64,000 bases of DNA from Deltaproteobacteria bacterium (GCA_046583355.1 JAYGCM010000012.1:1-64000), one strand, 5' to 3'. Counted from the first letter of the stretch, positions 19,063-28,625 are shown. Numbers and translations: made by a program. The notes: generated from the letters alone by a model not told the origin.

Positions 19063-20409
19063 TCATCGGCCCAGAGCCTCGTCTGTGGCGGCGATCCGGT
19101 GGCGCAGCCAATAGACCTCGAAGTGGTTCTCCCCACCGCTTCGCACGAGGAGCTCTGCGAGCGCCGCGCGCCGCGCCTCAAGTGCTTGGGCATCAGCCGG
19201 TTCGGCGTTCAGCGCCATATCGAGAAGGTGCAATGCCTCAACCGGCTCGCCCGCGTGGAGGCGCGCACGCGCCCGTGTGGCCAGAGCCGCGGCGCCGCCG
19301 GCCATCGCCACCACCTCGGCATGCACGGACATCTGCGGCACGGCATAAAGCTCAGTCGTCGACTCAAGCGCGAACCAGCCGCTATAGCCCTCCCATATCG
19401 ACTTCACGCCCCAAGAGACCTTGCCATGCCCCTCGCTCAGTTCCAGCTCGTCGGGCAGGCGGATCTCCGCCATAAGCTGATGCACCGTTTTGCCTGCGTT
19501 CATACCGGCAAGCGTCTCGTCATGCACATATTGTATGGCGTCGCGCATGCGCGTGACGGCGGTGCGTATTTGTTCCTTGCCACGGATCGGCTCAAAATGA
19601 CTCGGGACCAGCATCTCGGGCTCCAGCGACAGGACGCGGTTCAGCGAATCGATATAGGGCATCGCCTGGCGGATTTTCTCACCGCGCAGCGTGTTGAGGT
19701 TCGGCCACATAGGAAAGAGGGGGCCGAAGAGATCGCCGGTAAAGAGGATCTTGTCCTGTGGTAGCCAGACCGAGATCGAGTCCGAGCCTTCGGCGCCCGG
19801 GGTATGAATCACCTCGAAGCGTCGGCCACCGACCTCAAACGCATATTTATCCTGGAAGAGAATCGTCGGCTCTGCATGCGGGTAGAAGAGCCGCAGCGCC
19901 GCCGCGGTGAGGAACTCCGGCAGGTCCGGGACGTCTTCGGGAAAGAAGATCTTGTTGCGGCGCATCAGGTACGGGCCAAGCGCCGTGAGGTAGGCCTGCG
20001 AGGTCATGAACTCACGGTGTGCGATCAGCTCGGTATCGTCACCCATCCATTGATCGGCGCCGCCATAATGATCGGCGTGCGCATGCGTGACGACGATATG
20101 CGAGGCCGGCCCATCGGCAATTCCGGCCAGCAACTCACGCGCCTTCTCCGCGTCCGCCGGCAGCCCTGCATCCAGCACCACATAGCCGGACTCCGTCACC
20201 ACGATATGGGTATTGCCAGTGCCTATCGCCTGGAAGATCCCGTTTGCGATCTCCTTTGCCTCGGTCTGCTGGGCGCGCAGCTGCGCGAGTTCCGCAGTCG
20301 CGCCTTGAACGGCGACAAGATCTTCGCGGGCGTCCAGCCCCGTGGCCCTCTCACAACCGGCAGCCCCAAGCACCATTACCGCCAAAGCAAGCCTTCGCGT
20401 TCTCAGCAT
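19063..20409 (-). CDS. Alkyl/aryl sulfatase, metallo-beta-lactamase fold (SdsA-like), probable lipoprotein
   Basis: AAGC lipobox; THAHADHYGG, PNLNTLRG, VPSHFEP, YVHDETLAGMNAG, GYSGWF. Confidence 0.85.
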   Translation of the reverse strand: MLRTRRLALAVMVLGAAGCERATGLDAREDLVAVQGATAELAQLRAQQTEAKEIANGIFQAIGTGNTHIVVTESGYVVLDAGLPADAEKARELLAGIADGPASHIVVTHAHADHYGGADQWMGDDTELIAHREFMTSQAYLTALGPYLMRRNKIFFPEDVPDLPEFLTAAALRLFYPHAEPTILFQDKYAFEVGGRRFEVIHTPGAEGSDSISVWLPQDKILFTGDLFGPLFPMWPNLNTLRGEKIRQAMPYIDSLNRVLSLEPEMLVPSHFEPIRGKEQIRTAVTRMRDAIQYVHDETLAGMNAGKTVHQLMAEIRLPDELELSEGHGKVSWGVKSIWEGYSGWFALESTTELYAVPQMSVHAEVVAMAGGAAALATRARARLHAGEPVEALHLLDMALNAEPADAQALEARRAALAELLVRSGGENHFEVYWLRHRIAATDEALGR

Positions 20410-20499
20410 GCAACGGTCCTAATGCGATCGCATTAATTCTGCAACCTGCCGCACGGGCTGTGGCTCCGGCACCGCCCTTCGGCGGCAACCGGGGCGAGT

Positions 20500-21288
20500 T
20501 CAGACTCCGCCGACCTCGAGGGTCTGGGCCGTGATCCCGCTGGATTGGTCGGTGGCGAGAAAAACCACCGCCTGCGCAACCTCGGCTACCGAGACATGGC
20601 GACTCTGCGCGGTGCCGCGCGAGACCTCTTCGACAATCCGTTCGTAATCCAACCCGCGTGCCGCGGCCAGGCGGTGGTAGTATTCCTCGACCCGTTCGGT
20701 CGAGACGGCGCCCGGAACAATGCAATTGACTCGAACACCCTGCGGACCGACCTCGCGGGCTACCGCGGCAGAGAATTGCAAAAGGCCGGCCTTGGCCGCG
20801 CTCAGGTGCGATTTTCCCGCCAGGCCATGCAGACCGGCTCCGGAGGAGATATTGACGATCGCACCGGCACGACGCGAAAGCATCGACCGCGTGAGGCATT
20901 CGCGCACGCAGAGCATTGTGCCCGTAAGCGCTGTGTCAAGCATCGCTTGCCAGGTAGCCATTTCCATATTGGCGACGTTCACCTCATCGCCAGGACCGGC
21001 AGCTGCGTTGACCAATACGTCGATACGACCACATTCCTCGACCGCCTGGGCAAAGAGTGTCTTCACCTCCGCCTCGATACTCACATCGGTCGGCACGACA
21101 ATCGCGCGTGGCCCGCCCAAACGGATCTCCTCAGCAAGCTCCACCAGAGGCGCCTCGCGCCGTCCCGCGAGAACGACATCTGCCCCTTCTGCCGCCAATG
21201 CACACGCAACCGCGCGGCCAATGCCGCTTCCCGCACCCGTCACCACCGCCACCCTGTCGATCAACCTCACAGAATTCCCCTGCTCCAT
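20500..21288 (-). CDS. SDR family oxidoreductase
   Basis: VTGAGSGIG, VNISS, HLSAAK in place of canonical YxxxK, VRVNCIVPG. Confidence 0.92.
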   Translation of the reverse strand: MEQGNSVRLIDRVAVVTGAGSGIGRAVACALAAEGADVVLAGRREAPLVELAEEIRLGGPRAIVVPTDVSIEAEVKTLFAQAVEECGRIDVLVNAAAGPGDEVNVANMEMATWQAMLDTALTGTMLCVRECLTRSMLSRRAGAIVNISSGAGLHGLAGKSHLSAAKAGLLQFSAAVAREVGPQGVRVNCIVPGAVSTERVEEYYHRLAAARGLDYERIVEEVSRGTAQSRHVSVAEVAQAVVFLATDQSSGITAQTLEVGGV

Positions 21289-21338
21289 CTTTGTGCCATC
21301 GGTACCGGCGCGGATGCGCCGCCTGCACCAACGTGCGC

Positions 21339-23192
21339 TCAGACCGCGGTCGCGCGACCGCGACCTTTGCTCACCGGTGCCTTCCGAATCTTCGCGCTTG
21401 CATTGGCCTTGCTGGTCGCCTTGGGCAGCTTGCTTCCGGACGCCGCCTGGCGCGCGGCGGTCTTGTTGCGGGCGGCTGCCTTGGTTGACCGGCGCACCAT
21501 TTCGCGGGCATGCTCGGCGGCCTCCTTGCCACGCCCGCCGAGCATCCGGGCCAACTCTTCGATGCGAGCCTCGCCGTGAATCGGGTCCACCAGCGTGCGC
21601 GTCCGGCCCTTATGGCTGCCCTTCGCGACCGCGTAATGCGAGTCCGCAAAGGCAGCGATTTGCGCCAGATGAGTGATGCAGATCACCTGGTGGTCCTGCG
21701 CCAGCAGGTGCAGACGCTGACCGACCACCTCGGCCGTATCGCCGCCGATTCCCGCATCGACCTCATCGAAGACCATGGTCGGCACGCCCGGCCCGCCGGC
21801 CACATTGCGTAGGGCCAACATCACACGGGAGAGCTCGCCACCGGACGCGACTTTGCCCAGCGGCGCCTCGCCCTCGCCCTGGTTGGCGGCCAGCATAAAT
21901 TCAATGCGCGACTTTCCATCAGCGCCCAGGCCCACACCCTCGCGCACCAGCACGCTGGCAGCACCGCGCTCCACGCCGGCCGGCAGTGGAATAAACGAAA
22001 CCGAGAAAGTAGCTCCGGCCATTCCCAGGGCCGCTAATTCTTCAATGACGGGCGGGCAGAGTTTCTTCGCGCCGGCAAGCCGCCTCGCCTCCAATGCGTC
22101 GGCGGCAGCCCAGACCTTGGTTGCGGCCGCATCCAATTCGCCGCGCAATTGGTCCGGGTCGTCGGCATCTCTTGAGGCAGCCTCAACTTCCGCGGCCAGG
22201 GCGTCGTGGCGCGCGATCAGGCCCGCCACGCCGGTGGCGCCATGCTTGCGCTCCAAGCGGGCCAGCAGGGCCAAGCGTTCCTCGATCTCATCCAGGCGTG
22301 CGGGGTCTTCGGTCAGTCCGTCAGCATAGCCCTGGAGCGCGCGCACGGCTTCCTGCAGCGGCGTGGCGGCCTGTGCAAGAGCCTCGGCAACCTCGCGCAG
22401 GGAAGGATCGAGCTCGGCCATTTCCGCAATCCGCCGGGCCTGCCTCTCGACAGCCGCGAGTGCCGGCCGCTCGCCGGAGTCGAGTTGTTCGGAGGCTTCG
22501 GTCGCGCCCGCCGCCAGGCGCTCGCCGTGACGCAGGCGCTCGCGCTCACCCGCCAACGCGGCTTCTTCTTCGACCTCGGAGAAATCGGCCTGAACCAACT
22601 CGTCGAGTTCCCAACGGGCCAGCTCCAGGCGGCGCTCATGCTCGGAGAGGCCGCGCTCGACAGTCTCCAGACGGGCGACCAACTTGAGCAATCCGGCGTG
22701 GCTCTCGCGCAGGCTCGCGGCCTCCGCCAAAGTCCCGCAGGCGGCGTCGAGCATCTCAACATGTGCTTCCGGCTGCGCCAGGCGCAACGACTCATGCTGT
22801 CCTTGCAAATGCACCAGGACCCCACCGACCTCGTTCAAGGTAGCAAGTGTGACCGCAGAGTCATTGATCGACACACGACCCTTGCCGCCCCGCACGATCG
22901 TGCGTCGCACGAGGATCTCGTCGCCGTCGACCGGCACACCGATTTCCTCGAAGCGTGCGATCAGAGAGCGCGCCTCTGCCGGAAGACGGAAGCAGGCCTC
23001 AATGCGAGCGGTATTGCAGCCGCGCCGCACGACGTCCGTGCTGGCGCGATGGCCCGCGGCAAACGCCAATGCGCGCTGCAGCAGGCTCTTGCCGGCGCCG
23101 GTCTCGCCCGTCACGACATTGAACCCGGCGCCGAATTCCAGATCGAGATCCTCGAGCAGGGCGAGGTCGGTCACCTTCAGCCGCAGCAGCAT
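21339..23192 (-). CDS. recN: DNA repair protein RecN
   Basis: TGETGAGKS, ASGGELSR, VFDEVDAGIGG, QVICITHLAQIA. Confidence 0.97.
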   Translation of the reverse strand: MLLRLKVTDLALLEDLDLEFGAGFNVVTGETGAGKSLLQRALAFAAGHRASTDVVRRGCNTARIEACFRLPAEARSLIARFEEIGVPVDGDEILVRRTIVRGGKGRVSINDSAVTLATLNEVGGVLVHLQGQHESLRLAQPEAHVEMLDAACGTLAEAASLRESHAGLLKLVARLETVERGLSEHERRLELARWELDELVQADFSEVEEEAALAGERERLRHGERLAAGATEASEQLDSGERPALAAVERQARRIAEMAELDPSLREVAEALAQAATPLQEAVRALQGYADGLTEDPARLDEIEERLALLARLERKHGATGVAGLIARHDALAAEVEAASRDADDPDQLRGELDAAATKVWAAADALEARRLAGAKKLCPPVIEELAALGMAGATFSVSFIPLPAGVERGAASVLVREGVGLGADGKSRIEFMLAANQGEGEAPLGKVASGGELSRVMLALRNVAGGPGVPTMVFDEVDAGIGGDTAEVVGQRLHLLAQDHQVICITHLAQIAAFADSHYAVAKGSHKGRTRTLVDPIHGEARIEELARMLGGRGKEAAEHAREMVRRSTKAAARNKTAARQAASGSKLPKATSKANASAKIRKAPVSKGRGRATAV

Positions 23193-24043
23193 CAGCGCAC
23201 CGCCCAGCCGAGCTTGGTGCGCAGCAAATCATAATAAGAAAGATCGGCGGCTGTAACCAGGCAGGCCGCATAAGGCGAGCGCGTGATCACTACCCGATCG
23301 GCGGGGCTGAGGCTGACGGTTTCCTGGCCATCAAGAGTCAGGAGAAGGCCTTCGCGCGAGTTGCCCAGGCGCAATTCGAGGCGCGAGCCATCGTCTACGA
23401 CAATCGGACGGATGCTCAGCGTATGCGGGCAGATCGGCGAGAGCAGCATCACGCGCACGGAGGGATGGATCAGCGGGCCCCCGGCCGAGAGATTATAGGC
23501 CGTCGAACCGGTCGGCGTGCTGACGATCAGGCCATCGGCGTTGAAGCGTGCGAGATAGGCGCCGTCGATATGGGCTTCGATATCGATCGTGCGGCCGAGC
23601 GCACCACGACTCAACACCGCATCGTTCAATGCCTGGTGCGTGGTCGTGCGGCCCGTTGCCATCTCCACGGTAGCGTGCAGCATGCGGCGGCGGTCGACCT
23701 TGGCCTCGCCGGCCAATGTACGGGCGAGCACGCCCTCCAATTCCCCCTCGGTCGTCTCGGCGAGAAAACCCAGCGTGCCGAGGTTCACGCCAATCAGCGG
23801 CACCTCGCGCTCGCCGCTCAGGCGAGCCGTCGCGAGCAACGTGCCGTCGCCACCGAGTACGACGATCGCGTCTACGCGATCAAACATCCCGGCCTTGCTC
23901 AACGACTCGACGCCCAGCGTCGCCGCGGCGTCGGGTTCGGTAAAAACCTCGTGCCCCTGCTCGCGGCACCAATCCACCACCGGACGTGCCGCGTCCGTGG
24001 CATGCGGCGCGCCGCGCTTCAAAACAAGACCGATATTCGCCAT
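23192..24043 (-). CDS. nadK: NAD kinase
   Basis: LGGDGTLL, NLGTLGFL, LND, DGLIVSTPTGSTAYNLSAGGP. Confidence 0.96.
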   Translation of the reverse strand: MANIGLVLKRGAPHATDAARPVVDWCREQGHEVFTEPDAAATLGVESLSKAGMFDRVDAIVVLGGDGTLLATARLSGEREVPLIGVNLGTLGFLAETTEGELEGVLARTLAGEAKVDRRRMLHATVEMATGRTTTHQALNDAVLSRGALGRTIDIEAHIDGAYLARFNADGLIVSTPTGSTAYNLSAGGPLIHPSVRVMLLSPICPHTLSIRPIVVDDGSRLELRLGNSREGLLLTLDGQETVSLSPADRVVITRSPYAACLVTAADLSYYDLLRTKLGWAVR

Positions 24044-24116
24044 TTGCAAAGGGCGGCGCCGCAGCGCCGACTGACGCCGGTCTAGCATGACGCGCCGGAG
24101 CGTGTCTATTTGAAGG

Positions 24117-25454
24117 ATGGCTGAAGAACTTGAGCTTTTCCCTCCCGCTGCGCCGGCAACCCCGGCGCAGCCTGAAATACCGGCGTCCGCGCCTCTGGCC
24201 GAGCGGATGCGGCCGCGCTGCCTTGCCGATGTGGTCGGCCAGGATCACCTCCTGGGAAAGGGAAAGCTGGTCCGGGCCATGCTGGAGGCGCGCCGACTCC
24301 ATTCGCTGCTTCTCTGGGGCCCGCCCGGAACCGGCAAAACCACTCTGGCCCGGCTGATTGCCCAAGAACTCGACGCGCCCTTTGACCCGCTCTCGGCCGT
24401 GCTGGCCGGTGTAAAGGACCTGCGCGCCGCAGTGGAGCGTGCGGCGCTGCGGCTGCGCGCCGGCGGCAAGCCGACCATCGTATTTGTCGACGAGATTCAC
24501 CGCTTCAACAAAGCGCAACAGGATGCCTTGCTGCCGCATGTCGAGGCCGGCACCATCGTGCTGATCGGTGCCACCACCGAGAACCCCTCCTTCGAGGTCA
24601 ACGCACCCCTGCTCTCACGCACCCGCGTGCTGACGCTCCATTCCCTCGGCGCGCCCGCCCTTATAGCGGTATTGGAGCGTGCCCTGAACGACGCGGAGCA
24701 CGGCCTTGGCGGCGAGGGCCTCACGCTGGAGGATGACGCGCGCGATGGGCTGGTGCAGCATGCCCAGGGAGATGCCCGGATCGCCCTGGGCACATTGGAG
24801 GTCGCCGCCCAACTCGCCGCCGGAGTGCCGATCACGCTGGAGCATGTACGCGAGGCCGCGCAACGTCGCGCGCTGCGCCATGACCGCGCCGGCGATCAGC
24901 ATTACGATATCGTCTCCGCCTTCATCAAGAGCATGCGCGGCAGTGACCCCGACGGAGCACTTTATTGGATGGTGCGCATGCTTGAGGCCGGCGAGGACGC
25001 GCTTTTCATCGCGCGCCGCATGGTGATCTTCGCCGCCGAAGATATCGGCAACGCCGACCCCGAGGCTCTGCGGACGGCAGTCGCCGTCAAGGATGCGGTT
25101 CATTTCGTCGGCCTGCCCGAGGCGAAAATTCCGCTGGCGCAGGGCGTGACCTATCTGGCCTGCGCACCCAAATCGAATGCCAGCTACCTGGCGCTTGGCG
25201 CGCTGACCGAAGAGATCGAGCGCAGCGGTACGTTGCCGGTACCCATGCATCTACGCAACGCACCCACCCGCTTGATGAAGGAGCAGGGTCACGGAGACGG
25301 CTATCGCTACCCGCATGACCACTCCGGCCACCACACCAAACAGGCCTACCTTCCCGATGAGTTGCAGGGCCGCACATATTACGAACCCTCAGATCAAGGC
25401 GACGAGAAGGAAACCCGCAAACGCCTCAAGGCGTGGCGCGCGGCCACGGACTGA
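24117..25454 (+). CDS. rarA: Replication-associated recombination protein A
   Basis: [40 protein letters not shown]. Confidence 0.96.
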   Translation: MAEELELFPPAAPATPAQPEIPASAPLAERMRPRCLADVVGQDHLLGKGKLVRAMLEARRLHSLLLWGPPGTGKTTLARLIAQELDAPFDPLSAVLAGVKDLRAAVERAALRLRAGGKPTIVFVDEIHRFNKAQQDALLPHVEAGTIVLIGATTENPSFEVNAPLLSRTRVLTLHSLGAPALIAVLERALNDAEHGLGGEGLTLEDDARDGLVQHAQGDARIALGTLEVAAQLAAGVPITLEHVREAAQRRALRHDRAGDQHYDIVSAFIKSMRGSDPDGALYWMVRMLEAGEDALFIARRMVIFAAEDIGNADPEALRTAVAVKDAVHFVGLPEAKIPLAQGVTYLACAPKSNASYLALGALTEEIERSGTLPVPMHLRNAPTRLMKEQGHGDGYRYPHDHSGHHTKQAYLPDELQGRTYYEPSDQGDEKETRKRLKAWRAATD

Positions 25455-25529
25455 AGAGCGCCACCAGAGGGCCGGCCGACTATGCGGCCGAGTCAAGCCC
25501 CGAACGTCGGCAGGAGACAGCGCAACCTT

Positions 25530-26579
25530 TTAGCCGGCTTTCGCTTCCATCTCGGCCAACGCGCCGGGATCCTTGCGGCCGCGGAAGGCCGCCTCGGCCT
25601 CGTGGCGCAGCCGATCGCCCTTGCCCTGGTAGCGCGAAGAATAATGGAAAACGCGGAGCCTTTCGGCCTTGGCCATCCGCGCAATCGCGCCCGCCTCCGC
25701 AGCGGTCAGGTGATAGCGCATCGCTGCCTGATCGCGGTCTGCGTCGAGGAATGAGGCCTCGCAATAAATCGTACTGGCGCCGTGCAGAAGCGGCAGCAGC
25801 GCATCGAGATTTGCCGGCATGAAGCGCGTATCGACGACGTAGCCGACTTTCTGCCCCGGCGTAACCCGGATCAAGCGATGAATCAGATCATCGTCCAGCA
25901 CCCGACGACCACCCTCTTTGAGGTCGGCCTCGATCGGTCCGCCGTCGAGTGTGTTGTCACGAAAGGCGTCTTTCAACTCGGCCAACCAACGCCCGGGGCG
26001 CAGGCCCTCGCGCGCTAAAAGGTCGGTATCGATATTCAGGTGCGTCGGCTCGTCGATGGCAAAAGACAGGCACGGAATGCGATGGTCCGTGATGGCCGCG
26101 CGCACGCGAAAATGGCCTTCATCGACCAACAGAGGCCGGCCCGGATTCCCGTCGGTCTCGAGCGGCTCGTAGGGCAACTCCTCGCGCTGGAAACCGGTCG
26201 AGGCACGGAATTGCCAACGCTTGTTGCCGTCGCGACGTACCTCAGTGACCTCGAAGACCAGCGAATAATTCTCGGTGAGGTTCCAGACGTAGCCGCGCAA
26301 TTTGCCCGCGACGCAATCGCCGATGCCTTCCGGGCCGAAGAAGCAAAGCCGCTTGTCGCGGTTCAGAAAGATCCGCAGAACCCGGTCGAAACCAATGAAA
26401 TGGTCCATATGGGTATGCGAGACGAAGATATGCGAAACCCGCAGCAGATCGCCCGCCGGCAGACCATCGTTGCGGCCGAGATCGAAGAGCGCAGCCGTAC
26501 CCTGCCAACGCATACCGACAAAAAGTCCGGGGTCACCGAAGGGGCCGTTCACCAGCCTGGGCTCAAAAGACGAAGCCAT
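25530..26579 (-). CDS. rnz: Ribonuclease Z (MBL fold)
   Basis: LVNGPFGDPG, FVSHTHMDHFIG, YHLTAAEAG, FHYSSRY. Confidence 0.85.
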   Translation of the reverse strand: MASSFEPRLVNGPFGDPGLFVGMRWQGTAALFDLGRNDGLPAGDLLRVSHIFVSHTHMDHFIGFDRVLRIFLNRDKRLCFFGPEGIGDCVAGKLRGYVWNLTENYSLVFEVTEVRRDGNKRWQFRASTGFQREELPYEPLETDGNPGRPLLVDEGHFRVRAAITDHRIPCLSFAIDEPTHLNIDTDLLAREGLRPGRWLAELKDAFRDNTLDGGPIEADLKEGGRRVLDDDLIHRLIRVTPGQKVGYVVDTRFMPANLDALLPLLHGASTIYCEASFLDADRDQAAMRYHLTAAEAGAIARMAKAERLRVFHYSSRYQGKGDRLRHEAEAAFRGRKDPGALAEMEAKAG

Positions 26580-26693
26580 GCTCTCGGAAGCTAACAGACT
26601 CGCATCACGAAGGGGACGCCGCCGGAAACGGCGAGCGGATCGGGTTCAGAGGAATAATGAAACCCAACGCGAAAATGCGCTGCGGACGGCTGT

Positions 26694-26731
26694 GGCACAG
26701 ATTGGCACAAAGGGGCACAGGAGGATACGAT
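26694..26731 (+). promoter_or_regulatory. Candidate parD promoter with tandem operator boxes
   Basis: GGCACA three times at exact 10-bp spacing (26694, 26704, 26714), overlapping TTGGCA-N18-TACGAT. Confidence 0.5.
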
Positions 26732-26737
26732 TGCCGT

Positions 26738-27001
26738 ATGCGCGCTTCGATGAATATCTCGCTGGAACAACCCACCCGCGAATGGGTGCACGCTCGCATG
26801 AAGCGAGCCGGCTTCTCCACTGCCAGTGAGTACATTCGCCACCTCATTCGTGAGGATCGGCAAGACGAAGAGCGCGCAGCCGTCGAGGCAGATCTGCTGC
26901 TGGGCATCGAAAGCGGCCCCAGTAGCCGCATGACGCGTAAGGACTGGGAGGCCATCCGCAGCAGAGGCCGCCGCCTCGCCGCAAAATCGAAGGCGACGTG
27001 A
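26738..27001 (+). CDS. parD: ParD-family (RHH) antitoxin
   Basis: SMNISLEQPTREWV...GFSTASEYIRHLIRED...LLLGIESG...DWEAIR. Confidence 0.9.
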   Translation: MRASMNISLEQPTREWVHARMKRAGFSTASEYIRHLIREDRQDEERAAVEADLLLGIESGPSSRMTRKDWEAIRSRGRRLAAKSKAT

Positions 27002-27243
27002 GACGCGCGCCGGCCGCTACGCCTTCATCGCCGCCGACAACCCCGGAGCCGCGGATCGCTTCCTCAGCGCGGTCGAAACCGCAGGCGCGAGCCTCAACAG
27101 AATGCCGCACCAGGGAAGCCCGTTCCCCTCGGACAATCCCCGCCTCCAGGGCCTGCGCTGGTGGCCCGTTCCTCGCTTCCCGCGGTTCGCAATTTTCTAC
27201 TTTCCAAGAGACGACGAGATCGAAATCATTCGGGTTCTGCACG
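26998..27243 (+). pseudogene. parE: ParE/RelE toxin, frameshifted and 3'-truncated
   Basis: GTG overlapping the parD stop gives VRRAPA. The body YAFIAADNPGAADRFL...FAIFYFPRDDEIEIIRVLH is in another frame with no start of its own, and the usual terminal G-x-RD is absent. Confidence 0.75.
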
Positions 27244-27455
27244 TGGCCCTCGTAGTCACAGACACCGTTGGTGTCGTGGTCCCGACACTCCCAGAATTGC
27301 ATGCGGCCAACCGATCCCGACGCAAAATCACATTCGGCCGTTCCCTCGGCGATGTACCCGCTTCCGGCGTGATGGATAGTGCCGTCATAGCGAAAGGCCG
27401 CACACGTCAGCGTCGGCTCAGTTGGGCCGCCGGTGCCGTCAACGCAAGCAGCGAA
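27243..27455 (-). pseudogene. Fragment of a Cys-rich, probably extracellular protein
   Basis: Frame reading ACVDGTGGPTEPTLTCAAFRYDGTIHHAGSGYIAEGTAECDFASGSVGRMQFWECRDHDTNGVCDYEG with no upstream start. Confidence 0.4.
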
Positions 27456-27545
27456 TCACCAAACGCAAACGGAAAATCACCGGGGACGCCGCCGGTCTAT
27501 CTCCGCGCTGTGGCTCGTCCTCCAACCTCTGCGCTTGCAGCGGCG

Positions 27546-27893
27546 CTACAGTTCAAGCAGCTGTCTGAGCTTCGTTCGGGTTTCCTCGAGCAAGGAGCGC
27601 GGCAATGCTCCGAGGCCTTTTCGCAGGCGTCGGTTATCTACCGCCCGGCCCTGATCGATCATGATTTCACAATCGCGAGTATTGCCGGCGATGCCCCGCG
27701 GGAGTTCGACCCGTAGAATGCTCTCACCCGTGAGATTCGTGGTGCAGGGCAGGATGAAAGTGGAAGGGTGACCGACCTCGTTGAGCAGATCATTCTGCAC
27801 CACGACGACAGGCCTCACCTTGCCGGGTTCCGTACCGCGGCGTGAACTCAGATCCGCCGCGAAAAGCCCTCCACAGACGATCTTCAGGCTCAA
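27546..27893 (-). CDS. mazF: PemK/MazF family toxin
   Basis: ADLSSRRGTEPGKVRPVVVVQNDLLN...ILPCTT...IMIDQGRAVDNRRL. Confidence 0.92.
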   Translation of the reverse strand: MSLKIVCGGLFAADLSSRRGTEPGKVRPVVVVQNDLLNEVGHPSTFILPCTTNLTGESILRVELPRGIAGNTRDCEIMIDQGRAVDNRRLRKGLGALPRSLLEETRTKLRQLLEL

Positions 27894-28138
27894 CCGAGCC
27901 CCTCGCCCGCCAGTCCGTCCAGGTCAGCCACATCGTGCGCAGCGTTGGCGCGGGTGCTTCGCGAAGCCTCACGATAGGCGTAGCGTAGAGCAGCACGTTC
28001 AGTGGTCTCCGCAAGCAATCGCAAGCCGCGGCGGACCACTTCCACATTGCTCTTCAGCTGTAGACGCGCCTTGAGGGATTTCACCAAGAGCAACTCATCG
28101 GCCGGAAGAGTGATGCTGGACTTGGTATTCGTTTTCAT
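27890..28138 (-). CDS. Putative cognate antitoxin (RHH-like)
   Basis: MKTNTKSSITLP...SNVEVVRRGLRLL; acidic C-terminus; 4-nt overlap with mazF. Confidence 0.8.
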   Translation of the reverse strand: MKTNTKSSITLPADELLLVKSLKARLQLKSNVEVVRRGLRLLAETTERAALRYAYREASRSTRANAAHDVADLDGLAGEGLG

Positions 28139-28236
28139 ACCATTCTGATACCGGCACTGCCGGGCCCACACCAGACAAAAACCAATCCTCGGCGCAGCCC
28201 TTGCCGCAGCCCAAGGCCCTACCCGGTCAGGCGGCA

Positions 28237-28401
28237 TAGAGGTGCGGCCGAAAAGCAGGCCTGCATCCGGGCGCCGCTTCTGGCTGCTGGCCTGCGTCAC
28301 GCTCTCTCGGAAGAGCTACGGCCATTGCTCGGTCGCCTTCCTTGCCAGCAGCCAGAATCGACGCCCTCTGTGCAAAGCCCTACTTTTCGGCCGCGCCTCT
28401 A
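28237..28401. mobile_element. 165-bp MITE-like palindromic element with TA ends
   Basis: Terminal inverted repeats TAGAGGTGCGGCCGAAAAGCAGG / CCTACTTTTCGGCCGCGCCTCTA (21 of 23 match); perfect internal 14-bp inverted repeat TTCTGGCTGCTGGC / GCCAGCAGCCAGAA. Confidence 0.75.
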
Positions 28402-28605
28402 GCGGCCGGCGAGTTGTTCGTCGAGTTCGGCGCGTGAGAACATGCGCAGCTTGAAGACGAAATTGCAGGTCGGGCAGACGAGTTTCTTGATGACCGGGAA
28501 GGTCAGGTAGCCCTTCTCGATTGTCTTCAGCTCGTTGCGCTTCACGCGCTCACAGCAATCATAGAGTTCTGTACGCAGGGCCGCGTGTGCATTTGCCTTC
28601 GCCAT
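28399..28605 (-). CDS. Small hypothetical protein, possible Zn-binding
   Basis: 68 aa; YDCCE...VCPTCN; stop codon overlaps the end of the MITE-like element. Confidence 0.65.
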   Translation of the reverse strand: MAKANAHAALRTELYDCCERVKRNELKTIEKGYLTFPVIKKLVCPTCNFVFKLRMFSRAELDEQLAGR

Positions 28606-28625
28606 TGTTCTTTACCCGACTCCGC

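Noticed and set aside
26692..26708. Sigma-54 promoter at TGGCAC
   Set aside because: GG-to-GC spacing is 9 rather than 10 nt; better explained as operator repeats
26585..27560. Integron attC sites around the TA genes
   Set aside because: AAC and GTT words occur, but no properly paired R''/R' and L''/L' boxes lie downstream of the ORFs in the right orientation, and there is no intI
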